Assembly: GCA_030390025.1 (NCBI GenBank)
Contig: CM059436.1
Location: 37,386,001 to 37,450,000, forward strand
Direction: 5' to 3'
Length of the DNA stretch: 64,000 nt
Source of the DNA: Squalus acanthias
Taxonomy: Eukaryota
The position numbers and the translations under genes were made by a program. The notes beneath the pieces were generated by a model. That model was not told the DNA's origin and searched no databases. It saw only the letters and a program-made list of their open reading frames with translations. Each line of letters starts with the position of its first letter. Positions within the stretch are counted from its first letter, which is position 1. This document shows, piece by piece, positions 14,057 through 28,364 of this stretch.

Positions 14057-14558
14057 TGTTGGTGAAAAATTAATTCACTCGTGTCTGTCATAAAGCAAAA
14101 GATCACAGTTTATTATTCAGAGCGCTCCGGGAGAATTCAGAGCGCTCTGGGAGAAGCGTCACAGCCTGCGGTCTCATGACCTGCTTCTCAATCCAACAAT
14201 GGCAGCCACGCTTCTTTATACACTTCCAAAAGCCATAAAAATACAAACATCAGCACAGTCATTACATCATAAGCGACTCGTATGGTCTCTAAAAACAACT
14301 TGTTTAGAATTTTACAATGTTAGCGAAACTTATCCTTTACTTCTGCTTTTTGTTAGGCATCTGCGCTGCGAGGTTTCATTCTTACAAATATCTATACTGC
14401 AGCCTAAGCAAGTTGGTCTTTATCTAATTATACCCCTGTCTCCATGCCTTCAGGAGACACTTTGACCTTTACTATAGTCCTTTAAGCAGTTCAACTAATC
14501 TTAAACATTACAACTGATTCGCCCTTACATTATTACAATTACATTTTTTACTCTTACA
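14057..14558 (-). mobile_element. Solo LTR (Gypsy or ERV type), 502 bp
   Basis: TGT...ACA termini; 4-bp TSD GAAC whose removal restores the CR1 sequence; minus-strand TATAAAG (14214-14220) followed by AATAAA (14109-14114). Confidence 0.85.
14115..14154. repeat. 20-bp tandem duplication inside the LTR
   Basis: ATTCAGAGCGCTC(C/T)GGGAGA x2. Confidence 0.9.
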
Positions 14559-15559
14559 GAACACCTCTATCAAATCTTCTCTGTTCCAAGGAGAACAACC
14601 CCAGCTTCTCCAGTCTATCCACGTAACTGAAGTCCCTCATCCCTGGAATCATTTTCGTAAATCTTTTCTGCACCCTCTCTAAGGCCTTCACATCCTTCCT
14701 AAAGTGTGGTGCCCAGAATTGGACACAATACTCCAGCTGAGGCAGAACCAGTGTTTTATAATGGTTCTTCATAATCGCCACGCTTTTGTACTCTATACCT
14801 CTATTTATGAAGCCTAGAATCCAGTATGCTTTTTTAACTGCTTTCTCAACCTGCCCTGCTACCTTTAACGATTTGTGCACATATACCCCCAGGTCTCTCT
14901 GTTCATGCACCCCCTTTAGAATTATACCCTTTAGTTTATATTGCCTCTCCTCGTTCTTCCTACCAAAATGTATCACTTCGCACTTTACTGCGTTAGATTT
15001 CATCTGCCACGTGTCCGCCCATTCCACCAGCCAGTCTATGTCTTCTTGAAGTCTATCACTATCCTCCTCACTGTTTACTATACTTCCAAGTTTTGTCATC
15101 TGCAAATTTTGAAATTGTGCCCTGTACACCCACATCCAAGTCATTAAATATATAAGAAGAAAAGCAGTGGTCCTAGAACCGACCCCTGAGGGACACCACT
15201 GTATACTTTCTCCAGTCTGAAAAACAGCCGTTCTCCGCTACTCTGTTACCTGCCACTTAGCCAATTTCGTATCCATGCTGCCACTGTCCCTTTTATTCCA
15301 TAGGCTTCAACTTTGCTGACCAGCCTATTATGTGGCACTTTGTCGAACGCCTTTTGGAAACCATGTACACCACGTCAACCGCATTGCCCTCATCAACCCT
15401 CTGTTACCTCCTCAAAAACTCGATCAAGTTGGTTAAACACGATTTGCCTTTAACAAATCTGTGCTGGCTTTCCTTAACTAATCCACACTTGTCCAAGTGA
15501 CTGTTAATTTTGTCCTTGATGAGGCTGCCAAGATACTACAAAGATAATTTGATAGGCCT

Positions 15560-16325
15560 TATACCTGGGAAGATCAGTGGTGAATTAAGTTCAGTATGAA
15601 CAAATGCAAGATATTGCATACTGGAAGTAAAAATAGGAGGTATATCTGCTCCATCAGTAGGAGAGAACTTGACAAGCGGGAGGTATAAGAGACCTATGGG
15701 TGTTAGTTGACTTGTTAAACCATATCCTAATGGTGTGAAGTAGAAAAAATTAAACAAATAGGATGCAGAATTATATTGCCAAATCAGTTAAATTCAAATG
15801 CCTGAATGTTGCTGAGGTTGTACTATTGCCTGGTCAGGCTACACCTAGAGTACTGTATCAAGTTCTGATTGGCGTGATTTAAGCGGGGCATTCAGGCGCT
15901 AGAGGCAGTGTAATGGAGAGCAAAGCGACTAGTTACTGGTGTCAGAGGGAAGGCCTATGAGGAGCATTTTAATAAGCCAGAGTTCATCATTCTCAAAAGA
16001 TGTCTTGGAGGTAAATAAATATTTAATGAACCTGAAACAGTGCTTGAACTGGGCAGCAGGACAGACATCAGGAACTATTTCTTTAAGCAAAACTTGAACA
16101 GCTGGAATGTGTTGTCATGAAGACACTTAAAAATAACAGCTAGATGTGATGATAAAATAATAGGGATCATATTCTGGAAGGATGGGATAAAATGATCTGA
16201 AAGACCTTTGTTTGAACTATCTTATGATAGCAATTCCTGAAAGACATTGATGTAGTTATGTAATGCACAGACATGATGGGCCGAATGGCCTCCTTCTGTG
16301 CGTTAAATTTCCATGATTCTATGAA
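15560..16325 (+). mobile_element. Highly decayed CR1 RT C-terminus followed by a younger CR1 tail (16270-16325)
   Basis: Remnants resembling LVRLHLEYCIKF; tail GGGCCGAATGGCCTCCTTCTGTG...ATGATTCTATG. Confidence 0.55.
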
Positions 16326-16357
16326 TGATTTCATTAATAAATTGAGAGGTATAGTAA

Positions 16358-16687
<330 letters not shown>

Positions 16688-16877
16688 TGAATTAGCTTGT
16701 ATAAAGAATAGCAATTTAAACAAAAAAAAATCTCTGATTCTATTATAGACTGGCATGTTGTCTTTTACACTATCCTTTTTTGTTTTTTTAAAATTATTTG
16801 AAAACGTGTAGCGTTTTTTCTGAATGTAATGGGTTCTTTGAAATGCTAACTTGTTTTGTCCACAATGTTTTGTTTAG

Positions 16878-16962
16878 GGATGATCCTCGCTTTCCAACAG
16901 TGCGCGGAGTCCTGCGGAGAGGGATGACTGTTGAGGGATTGAAACAGTTTATTGCTGCTCAA
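16878..16962 (+). CDS. EPRS1: EPRS1 exon (11)
   Basis: 85 bp; (W)[28 protein letters not shown]. Confidence 0.95.
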
Positions 16963-17020
16963 GTGAGTTGAATGTGAACTAGGTGCTTTTCAACATGGAT
17001 CCATAGTATGGAGCCCGGTA

Positions 17021-18706
17021 CGTGAGTGAAAAAGACAAGGCTGAAGCGTTTGCAACCATCTTCAGCCAGAGGTGCCGAGTGGATGATCCATATCGGCCTC
17101 CTCTTAAGGTTCACACCATCACAGAAGCCAGTCTTCAGCCAATTCAATTCACTTCATGTGATATCAAGAAATGGCTGAGCGCACTGGATACAGCAAAGGC
17201 TATGGGGCCCCGACAACATCCCGGCTATTGTGCTGAAGACTTGTGCTTCAGAACTAGCCGTGCCGCTAGCCAAGCTACAACACTGGCATCTATCCGACAA
17301 TGTGGAAAACTGCCCAGGTATGTCCTGTCCACAAAAAGCAGGACAAATCCAATCCAGCCAATTCCCGCCCAATCAGTCTACTCTCAATCATCAGTAAAGT
17401 GATGGAAGGTGTCATCGACAGTGCTATCAAGCGGCACTTACCAATAACCTGCTCGCTGATGCCCAGTTTGGGTTCCGCCAAGACCACTCGACTCCCGACC
17501 TCATTACAGCCTTAGCCCAAACCTGGACAAAGGAGCTGAATTTCAGAGGAGAGCTGAGAGTGACTGCTCTTGACATCAAGGCAGCATTTGACCGTGTGTG
17601 GCATGAAGGAGCCCTAGTAAAACTGAAGTCAATGAGAATCGGTGTGGGGGGTGGGGGGGATACTCTCCACTGGCTGGAGTCATACCTAGCACAAAGGAAG
17701 GTGGTTGAAGGTCAATCATCACAGCCCCAGGACATCGCTGCAGGAGTTCCTCAGGGCAGTGTCCAGGCCCAACCATCTTCAGCTGCTTCATCAATGACCT
17801 TCCCTCCAATATAAGGTCAGAAATGGGGATGTTCGCTGATAACTGCACAGTGTTCAGCGCCATTCACAACCCCTCAGATAATAAAGCAGTCCATGCCCGC
17901 ATGCAACAAGACCTGGACGACGTTCAGGTTTGGGCTGATAAGTGGCAGGTAACATTCGCACCACACAAGTGCCAGGCAATGACCCTCTCCAACAAGCGAG
18001 AATCTAACCACCGTCCCTTGACATTCAATGGCATTACCATTGCCGAATCCCCCACCATCAACATCTTGGGGGTCACCATTGACCAGAAACTTAACTGGAC
18101 CAGCCACATAAATACTGTGGCAACAAGAGCAGTTCAGAGGCTAGGTATTCTGTGGCGAGTGTCTCACCTCCTGACTTCCCCAAAGCCTTTCCACCATCTA
18201 CAAGGCACAAGTAAGGAGTATGATGGAATGCTCTCCACTTGCCTGGATGAGTGCAGCTCCAACAACACTCAAGAAGCTCAACACCATCCAGGACAAAGCA
18301 GCCCGCTTGATTGGCACTCCATCCACCACCTTAAACATTCACTCCCTCCACCACTGGCGTACCGTGGCTGCAATGTGTACCATCTACAAGATGCACTGCA
18401 GCAACTCGCCAAGGGTTCTTCGGCAGCACCTCCCAAAACCGCGACCTCTTCCACCTAGAAGGACAAGGGCAGCAGGTGCATGGGAACACCACCACCTCCA
18501 AGTCACACACCATCGCCGATCCTTCATCGTCGCTGGGTCTAAATCCTGGACTCCCTACCTAACAACACTGTGGGAGTACCTTCACCACATGGACTGCAGC
18601 GGTTCAAGAAGGCGGCTCACCACCACCTTCTCAAGGGCAATTGGGGATGGGCGATAAATGCTGGCCTTGCCAGTTACGCCCAGATCCCATAAATGAATAA
18701 AAAAAA
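17021..18706 (+). mobile_element. 5'-truncated poly(A)-tailed non-LTR retrotransposon (CR1/L2 group), RT
   Basis: NSRPISLLSIISK, ALDIKAAFDRVWH, GVPQGSV, MFADN; ends ATGAATAAAAAAAA. Confidence 0.88.
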
Positions 18707-18838
18707 TCTTGGTCACTTGTATTGGTGTCAATGATCAGGATAAACTCTTTCCTCTTCTCCCCTCCCCCCTGCCCTCTGAAACCCTTTCATTGCCTTCTGA
18801 ATCATGCGCTGTAATATAATTCACAATTTGTTGTGTAA

Positions 18839-18979
<141 letters not shown>

Positions 18980-20672
18980 TGAGCTAATCAGAACATCTCT
19001 GCACTGTGTTCTTGTCTGTTGAGTAACATCCGCTTTATATTGCACTTTTTCTTTTGAAGTCTGTGCCCTTTGTTCACAAGTGTGTGAATTCAGAGTGTAT
19101 AAAAATCACAGCTGTCTGAGGAAAATGGAATGTTCTTGTGACTGGTTACATGGTGACAAATGTGTTTTTTCTGTTGCTTTAAACAGTATGAAAAATCCAA
19201 TTTTGGGTGAAAAATGTTTACTTTGGGGTTGGAATAACAGTATGAAAAGAAACATTTACTTTAAAAAATATTCTGTAACCTCAAAAAAAATGTGCAAATT
19301 TATTGTGAATTAAACACAAATTATGCATTGCATTTTCTGCTTCTTTCAAGCTGCAAGCTAACTGTAACAAGGTATTACTTAACAATTTTCTGCTTTAACT
19401 AGAGTATTAGGTTTACCTCACAGCTTGAATAGCATGGCAACAATGCTTCAAGGTTCAAGGTGTGTGCAAAGCCTGGCCACCTTGTGAACTACTTATGTGT
19501 TTGTATGTTTAGCTGGTATGGTTTTCTGCACATTTTGACAGTGACACAACTATATTGAGTTCAGAATATTTGCATTGATAAGTAATAAATATGGCAGTAA
19601 TTATTGCTCTCTACATTTGGAGCAACCAATTTTTTCTTTTGCTTTTTTTTAAAGAATTTTTTTCAGTCTTGTTCCACTGGTAGAACCAGTTTTTACTGAT
19701 TTTTTTTTTCTCCATTAGAAAATCTGGGTGAAAGTGTATTGGTTGCTGGGAGGGGCAAACTTCCTGTGCTTCTGTAAAAATGCGCACTTTCATATTTTAA
19801 TAATTTCAAGTCTCGTGCTGAAAAATCAGTGGAATTTTTACAAACACTTTGTTTAGAGACCAGTCTGTCTTTGTTTCCTGTTTCAGTTCAATATTGTGTA
19901 CTATAAAAATACTGTACCAAGTGCAATCTAGCATGTAAAATTTGTACCACAAAAATGGTACCACATGATGTCTAATGTACAGTACTAAACAACTTAGACA
20001 TGTCATTTTCTAACTAGAAAAGGAGCACAGCGGAGTTTACATTCCTTGAACTAATTTTATAAAATTGGCAGCACAGATAGCAAGTGAAACTGTATGACTT
20101 AATTAATTAAGTGCAGAAAGACCATTCTAGGACTTTGGTTGGCTTGGCTGGGGTCTTAATCTAAACCATTTGAATTTGACTTCTTGAGCTGATTTCTTGC
20201 TAACTTTCCCATTTGCTTGTGCTTCAGTGCCACACTTGCTACCTTTTGTAACATTATTTTTTTTCTCCAGTCATCAATTCAAAAGGAATGGCTTTTATTT
20301 TTTATAATTTTTAAACATTTTTTTGCTCACATTAAGGATTGTTTGTGTTGTTGCAGTTAACTGCAAATAATCGAGATGTATAAAATTTTAATTGGCCTTT
20401 ACTTAAAATTATCATTGAATTAGACTGTTATAATCCATATAAACTCTGCATGTAGCTTTCTAGAAAATACTATTTTAAGTGCATAAGCAGGCCTCTTTTC
20501 AGGAAATATCTTCCAGTTTTCAAATATTTCCTATTTAACTATACCACAGTTATTAGTTGAATGCAGCAAGCGAAACAATTCCATATGCCCCTATTTTGGA
20601 TATTGCATGCAGGTGAAAATGTAACATCACTTTATATTTTACTGATAAAATAACCATACCTATTTACTTCAG

Positions 20673-20783
20673 GTTATTGATCCGGTGGCACCTCGGTATA
20701 CAGCATTATTGCAGGATGGAGTGGTGCCTGTGAGCGTGCCAGGGGCCAAGGAAGAGATGAAAGACGTGGCCAAGCACCCCAAG
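20673..20783 (+). CDS. EPRS1: EPRS1 exon (13)
   Basis: 111 bp; [13 protein letters not shown]...KDVAKHPK. Confidence 0.94.
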
Positions 20784-22315
20784 GTAATAAAGTTTGAAAA
20801 TGGAGGTTGGAAAGAATACTATGCACAGTGCACTTTTAACTTTAACCTGTTGAGAATCAAACTGAGTGAAAAGGATGTGCAAGATAAAAGTCTGGTTTGT
20901 GTTTAATTTTTCCCCCACAGTTCTTAATCTGATGGATTAATACTTTATTGTATTTTAATACATTGTTTTAAAGAGGCTTTGAAATGGGCAATACTTTTTT
21001 TTCGTATTTCTCAGATGGATTAAGGGAATTAAATCTCCTCAATTTCAACTGTGGGATTGGAAGCTCGCCAGTCATGTTTAAAAAGGAGTGGCCTGAAATT
21101 TTATAGTAGTGAAATTAGAAATAGCTGGCACTTCAAAAATGTGTTTAAGCTTCCATTCTTAGTTGGTATGTTTTTTCAAATTGTTCAAACATTTATTATG
21201 GACCATAGTTATAGAACAAAAAGCTTCTACTTACAATCTTATCGGCCAGTATTCTACGTAGTTGATATCGTGAGCTATGATGTGATAAATATATGTACTT
21301 GAGATTAACTGTATACCTTATGAATGTGGATGTATCCTATCTCATGTTTTAAATGCCCTTAATTTGCCATAAATATAACGGTTAAATGTTTTCAGTGCTA
21401 TTGAGAACCATGAAAATTTGTTATAACATCTTTTAAGGAATACTGATTTTTATATCGTAGTAAGTTACTGTTGCTCATGCATCAGTGATTAATGTAAAAA
21501 TATTCCATCCTTTCTAGACAGATCAGTGGTGCATTTATACAGTTCTTCCAGTGGGCTCACTTTTTGTTATGCACACATGGCTGAAGACAATGAATTTATA
21601 AAAAAAAAACACTTTTTTTGCTAGGTGATGGATGTTTGTGCTAAGGAATGGAACACCCAGTGTCATCTTTAAGCACATTTTTCCATTTCCTATATCAGCC
21701 ATCTTGTGGCCTCTGAATGAGATAGTCAATTAATACCAAATTAGGTGCAGGTATTTGTTGTGGGCCAAAGTTACCAGGAGCTGCATTGAGACTTATTTTA
21801 TCTTGATCATTTTAAATCGAACCCATACACTAGAAGGCCAGAGATACTATCATCCTAATAGTCTGGCTAGATTTGAAGCCAAGCTTCAGAAGTGAAAGGC
21901 CAGCGTCTCTATTAGGTCATTTTAAAATCCAGCCATAGAGGTGTGAAACAAGCTGTTATAGGTGCCATACATAAATACTGTAGCCACGGGATATGTTGAG
22001 CAAATCCAAGGCATACAATTAATCTTGAAACATGCATCTGTTTGCACTACTATTTCATTTTATCTGTACTGAAACCTACGACAGGAGGTATATAGTTTTA
22101 AATTAGTTTGTATTGGCAGGTTTGATCTGTGAAATCCGCACTGCATGTACAAGTAGGAGCATACAAAATTAAACCGGGTTTCATAGATGTATAAAAATTA
22201 CAAACAAAAATATAAATGCAAACATAATGCAGCAGCTCTCCTTTGTTGATTCCCCCTGGTCTGAGTGTTGGTGTTTCTTCTTTCCTTTCCTCCCCACCCA
22301 CATTTTTTTTGTCAG

Positions 22316-22452
22316 AATCTGGATGTAGGGCTGAAGCCTGTGTGGTACGGACCCAAAGTGCTAATTGAGGGAGCAGATGCAGAAACTTTCACCGAGGGAG
22401 AAATGGTTACTTTCATCAATTGGGGTAACATTAACATCACTAAAATTAACAG
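22316..22452 (+). CDS. EPRS1: EPRS1 exon (14)
   Basis: 137 bp; [38 protein letters not shown]. Confidence 0.95.
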
Positions 22453-22566
22453 GTGAGAAAACTGAGTATGAAGTTTCCTGCCTTTTTCAGTAGGACCTGA
22501 CATTCTGTTCTTTATAAGACACCAAAAGGTTTGTAAGATTTAATAAAAACAAATTTTTATTTGTAG

Positions 22567-22774
22567 AGATTCCAGAGGAAAGATTGCATCACTTGAGGCA
22601 AAATTAAATCTAGATAACAAGGATTATAAGAAGACAACAAAGATTACATGGTTAACTGAGACTCCACAAGCTCCATTGATTCCTGCAGTATGTGTCGTCT
22701 ATGAACATCTAATCAGCAAACCTGTCATCAGCAAGGATGAAAATTTCAAGGATCATGTTAACCGAAACAGCAAG
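22567..22774 (+). CDS. EPRS1: EPRS1 exon (15)
   Basis: 208 bp; [21 protein letters not shown]...[25 protein letters not shown]. Confidence 0.94.
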
Positions 22775-23232
22775 GTATTCTTATTTGTAGCGAACACCTA
22801 GTTATAGTTAACTTATAGTTGCGAGACAAAATTTCAGTAAAAGTTATTTATTAAAACTTAGTCAGACGCTAGGAATTACAGAGCAATTGTAACAGAATAT
22901 TCAAAACTCTTTTACTAGGAGCTTCCTTTTAAAGAGTTTGTGAGCATTTCACTGTGCTTAAAATTGGGCAAGTAAAATTAATTGCTGACTTTACAAACTC
23001 TTAAGATTATAGGATCTCATTGACGAGATTTCTAACCAGTCATTTAAAATTGTTTACTGGCTGCATTAGTACATAACTGAAAACTGAGCATGTATTCCCT
23101 AATTCTTTTCTTCTCCATTACCCACTACATTTTAAGTGTGGCTGAACAGCCATGATGAAACTGTCTGCAGCAGATGAAACTCGTTGAGCATTAATGCAGT
23201 TGAAGGTGGCAATTCCTATTTCACATTCTCCA

Positions 23233-23706
23233 GTGTCAGCTGTGGCTCAGTTGGTAGCACTCTCGCCTCTGAGTCAGAAGGTTGTTGGTGCAAATCCCAC
23301 TCCAGGGACTTGAGCACATAAAGCTAGGCTGACACTCCAGTGCAGTGCTGAGGGAATGCTGCACTGTCGGAGGTGCCGTCTTTCGGATGAGACGTTAAAC
23401 AGAGGCCCCGTCTGCGCTCTCAGGTGGACATAAAAGATCCCATGGCACTATTTTGAAGAAGAGCAGGGGAGTTATCCCCAGTGTCCTGGCCAATATTTAT
23501 CCCTCAATCAACATAACAAAAACAGATTATCTGGTCATTGTTACATTGCTGTTTGTGGGAGCTTGCTGTGCACAAATTGGCTGCCGCGTTTCCCACATTA
23601 CAACAGTGACTACACTTCAAAAAACAAAGTACTTCATTGGCTGTAAAGTGCTTTGAGATGTCCGGTGGTCGTGAAAGGCACTATATAAATGCAAGTCTTT
23701 CTTTTT
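23233..23706 (+). mobile_element. tRNA-headed DeuSINE-like SINE, full length
   Basis: A-box TGGCTCAGTTGG, degenerate B-box, central GGAGGTGCCGTCTTTCGGATGAGACG domain, L2-like tail; near-identical copy at 56933. Confidence 0.85.
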
Positions 23707-23990
23707 ACTGTTATACACATTTCTAATCATCAATACCAAAGGTCGATTATCTAACTTGTATGGTCTTCATTTTTCAAGTGATTTGCATCCTTCATATGCC
23801 ATAAAAGCTTGCCTGGTTTGGGGAAATACATATAGAAATGTTGTATTGATGTTGCAGATAGGTGTTGCATCACATGGTCTACTACGGCATCTTATAAAGT
23901 CCTAGGAAACGTACCAGTTCATTCAGACCCGAGGCTGAACTGAAACTGACTGACTAGTAATAGATTCCACACCTCTAAATCCATAGTTGG

Positions 23991-24312
23991 GTCTTTCAGA
24001 TGAGACGTTAAACCGAGGCCCCGTCTGTGCTCTCAGGTGGACGTAAAAGATCCCATGGCACTATTTCGAAGAAGAGTAGGGGAGTTATCCCCGGTGTCCT
24101 GGCCAATATTTATCCCTCAACCAACATAACAAACAGATTATCTGGTCATTATCACATTGCTGTTTGTCGGACCTTGCTGTGCGCAAATTGGCTGCCGCGT
24201 TTCCCACATTACAACAGTGTCTCCACTTCAAAAGTACTTCATTGACTGTAAAGCGCTTTGAGATGTCTGGTGGTCGTGAAAGGCGCTATATAAATGCAAG
24301 TCTTTCTTTCTT
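23991..24312 (+). mobile_element. 5'-truncated copy of the same SINE
   Basis: Direct similarity to 23378-23706. Confidence 0.85.
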
Positions 24313-24606
24313 TGTGGTAGACAGTGTATTAATGTTATTGCTGTTTACTCAGTTTCTTTAATTTTGAATTGTACTTCATTTATAGCTGGATAAATAAAGT
24401 TCAATCGGTGTTCTGCAGTTTCAAATAACTGCTTCCATTGTATGAAGTTCTTGCAGAAGTAACTTTCGTCTACTCTAATGGGATTACTGCACCAAGAACC
24501 CATAATGGTGGGCAGCTTTATTTTGATCTTGAGTAATGTGCAAATATTTTGTGCACAAATACGATCACTTACCTACTCAAGTGAAAATTGTGCCAAGAAT
24601 AAGTGA

Positions 24607-24813
<207 letters not shown>

Positions 24814-25326
24814 TGAGAAATTCTGATAATCTACCTTTTGTAGGGGAAGAATATCTGACTGAAGGAAAACTGTCTGTGACTAAAGGTTTCAGCTATAACT
24901 ATTAATTCTGGTTTAATGATCTTGCAGTAAGAAGCTTACACCAAATGTTGCCCAACAATAATAAAATCAAACTTGTATCAACTGTTGGGGATTAGTTGTG
25001 CTACTGGTTACATGTACTCTCTTTAAGCTTTCTATCTACCGTTAATTTTTCATGCTAAAGTGACAAAGATCTCCAGAATATGGCAGATCATTTATTGAAA
25101 TAGCAATCTGCTGTATTGATATTGGCAAATGTTTAGACATTTGTATAAAGTGCTACATTGATTTCGGAACTGTGGAGCAATTCAAATATAAAATGTTACA
25201 TTATATGATTTCCATATTTAAAGTAGTTATATATCATAGCGCTTTATTTAAAAACAAAAGCTAAAACACTACCTAACGTTAGAATTTAGTTGATGCCAGC
25301 TCCGTGATTTCCTGGTCTTGATTTAG

Positions 25327-25444
25327 TCCATACAGTTGCAAAGAATCTCCTTGCATTCTGATCTACATCCCTGATGGTCATACCAAGGAAATGCCAACCT
25401 CTGGTTCCAAGGAGAAGAGTAAACTTGATGCAGTTAAAAAAGTG
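25327..25444 (+). CDS. EPRS1: EPRS1 exon (17), end of GluRS
   Basis: 118 bp; [30 protein letters not shown]. Confidence 0.94.
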
Positions 25445-25737
25445 GTAAGAATGGCTTTTCAAATGTGACTGAGCATCTGTAGACAGTTAAGTTCATTTCT
25501 ATGGGGGAAAATTACCTCTTTTTCTGTGTCTCTCAGATTCTGATTGAGAAAAAAACAAAACTAGCTCTCTTCATTTAGATAGGTTCTATATCGAAAGTTG
25601 TCTTCAAAAAAATTCCAGTCATTTAATGACCCTTGTCGAGTCTTTTTTTCTACTGTCTGCAGTGGTAGGGGGGACAGAAACTGATTCCATAAAGTGAGGT
25701 CTTCATCCTTCATTTCTGTGTAAATCTGTTAGATATT

Positions 25738-26435
25738 GGGCCGTATTTTCCGATCGGAGGCTTACTTACCTGAGGGCTCCTGAGGTCCGGACACTTCCGC
25801 TCCTGGGCGCCTCCAACTCGAAATGTGCAGGGCCCATGTATCCCAGAGGCGCATGCGGTTCGCAAGCATCCCTGGGATCACGTGGGCCATGGGGGAGCCA
25901 ATAGGAGAAGGGAATCTCCCTTCATACACTTGGCAGATAGACCTGTCAAATATATGAATGGAGATCACCCCAAAAACACTTTAAAACATTAAATAATTTT
26001 TTTTTAAATCACATTTTTAAAATGAGTTGAAATTACAATCAATTAAATATTTAAAACAAAAATTAATTTTTTTGAAAAAAAATAATTGAAGTTTTTTACG
26101 GGGCTAAAAATAAACTTTCTTAAAAGTATTTTTAAATGATAGAATTTTTTTTTTTTCAAATCTTATGCTGGTAAAAGCAGGCCTTACGCCTGCTTTTACC
26201 AGGCGTAAGATTTCTTAGGGTTTTCTGCAGGCGGAGGCGCTCCAGAAAGCGGAACTATCCGCCCTTAGAGGCCCTTCTCCAGGGCAGGTGTCCGATCTGT
26301 CAAGAGCATTCTTGACAGATCGGAAATGCCGGTTTTCAGCACATGCACTTCGCATGCCTGAAACCTGCATTTCCGATGTCCCTACAGGTGTGTACACAGC
26401 GCGTACCCACCCATAGGGTTCGGAATATCCGGCCC
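25738..26435. mobile_element. Non-autonomous DNA transposon with GGGCC termini (Harbinger-like, inferred)
   Basis: TIR GGGCCGTATTTTCC / GGAATATCCGGCCC; AT-rich centre; internal hairpin TGGTAAAAGCAGGC...GCCTGCTTTTACCA. Confidence 0.65.
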
Positions 26436-26882
26436 CTTGTTTTTAAGACTTCTCAACAGCAGAAGTGTTTTTAACATGATTGATAGTATCATTATATGGA
26501 AGCACCATAGCATGAAAACTGTTTCATCTATCTCAGTTCTGGATCCGTTAAAGGTTTGTATTCCATTTTCTTTTGTGTTAGCCTGTCTCCTACGTGGGTG
26601 GGGCATCAGAGTAAAAAGATACATTGTGTTTTCTGCTGCTAATTTACATGACTGGATTGCAAACTATAAGAAAGTGGTTTGACCTTTCTCGTAATTAACA
26701 CATTGTCGTAACCCTCCCATGATTAACAATTAAAAACAAAGTAGCACATATAAAAATTCTAAGTTTCCTGCTTCCTTTTAACATGTGATTATTTACAATG
26801 CATAGCTTAACAAAATGTAACAAAGTAACCAAATTCAAGGTAATAGTTTGACTTATTTTGTAAAAATCATTTTTATTTTTAG

Positions 26883-27251
26883 ATTAAAACTGACTCCGTA
26901 GCTACAACTGTATCACCTCTTGCTGTTTCCCCTGCCTCAACCTGTGACACTATGGACCTTATTGCACTTCACAACAAAGTAACTCAACAAGGTGAGGTTG
27001 TACGCGAACTGAAGACAAAGAAAGCATCCAAAGAAGAGGTGGATGCAGCGGTAAAAGGACTGTTAATCTTGAAGGCAGAATATAAGCAGAAGAGTGGTAT
27101 TGAGTACAAGCCTGGAAAGCCACCAGCATCTAGTGCTAGCCCTGTCTCTGCACCCGAGACCTCAGACTCGACTATGAGCAAAGTTCTGTATGACGAGGTG
27201 TTTCAACAAGGAGAGCTAGTACGAAAGCTCAAAGCAGATAAAGCCCCCAAG
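26883..27251 (+). CDS. EPRS1: EPRS1 exon (18): WHEP1 and first half of WHEP2
   Basis: 369 bp, phase 0-0; [16 protein letters not shown]...[14 protein letters not shown]...[15 protein letters not shown]. Confidence 0.94.
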
Positions 27252-27974
27252 GTATTTTTTTTTTGTAATTTCTAATGCTTCTGAAATAATACTATTTATG
27301 TCTCTTCCTTTCACTGACATAAGAGACGTGGGATTGAGTGAATTGTCGTTTTAATTTATCTGGTTTCCCCAGTGTGCCAGTTAAGGGTATACGTAGAGCT
27401 AGCAGGTGAAACCAACTCTCCGCTTGCCCTTAAATTTGTGCCTATGGTGAAACATTCACTGGTATTGCATTTAGAAATTGAATTGTTAAAACTTTTTGTG
27501 GCGATCCAGTGCCATGATGGTGTAATAACTTTCAGTTAATGCAAACATGGATTCACCAGGGTGTCATTTTATTTGGCGTGTGTGATGACATGGGTATACT
27601 AAACTATATATGGTAGTGTAGTAATATCCTAATTCGAATCATAATTCCACTTAACTTATTCTGCATATATCCTCCAATTTGTCTGACTGGTGAAACATTC
27701 TGATATAATGCATGTTGAAATGTTGGAATTGATAAACTTTCGGCTGGGAACTTTACTATTGTACAACAAGCCAAGGCAGATATATAATTTCACAAAAACA
27801 ACCCCAGAACGGGAATCTCTGATCCCTTTTTCATCGGTTGCACTTCATTCATTTTTTCCAAATGTCAGCTAATTGTTTTGTATGATATGCTGCTCTCCAG
27901 TGATGGCGTGCACCTTTTTCCCCCTTCTGTTTCCACCCCTTCACCATACCCATACTGTATCTGCTGGAGTTCAG

Positions 27975-28364
27975 AATAGTAAGAGGTGACTTGATTGAAA
28001 CATATAAGATCCTGAGGAGTCTTGACAGGGTGGATGTGGAGAGGATGTTTCCTCTTGTGGGAGAATCTAGAACTAGGGGTCACTATTTAAAAATAAGGGG
28101 TCGCCCATTTAAGACAGATGAGAATTTTTTTCTTAGAGGGTCGTGAGTCTTTGGAACACTCTTCCTCAGAGGGCAGTAGAAGCAGAGTCTTTGAATATTT
28201 TTAAGGCAGCGGTAGATAGATTCTTGATAAGCAAGGGGGTGAAAGGTTATCGGGGGTAGGCGGGAATGTGGAGTAATCAGATCAGCCATGATCTTATTGA
28301 ATGGCGGAGCAGGCTCGAGGGGCCGAGTGGTCTACTCCTGCTCCTAATTCGTATGTTCGTATGT
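27975..28364 (+). mobile_element. CR1 3' fragment
   Basis: Same subfamily as 52601-55686; tail TTCGTATGTTCGTATG. Confidence 0.85.

Larger units (their letters stand above)
13691..15520 (-). mobile_element. 5'-truncated CR1 (HER1-like) LINE, RT region, interrupted by a solo LTR
   Basis: CATAGAATCATAGAA tail; RT C-terminal ORF 14554-15144 (LEYCVQFWAPH). Confidence 0.9.

Noticed and set aside
23233-23305. tRNA-like sequence
   Set aside because: It is the head of a SINE and continues directly into SINE body and tail; the same applies at 56933.
27582-27703. Possible intronic C/D box snoRNA (GTGATGA ... CTGA)
   Set aside because: No terminal stem and no recognisable rRNA guide; the motifs are expected by chance.
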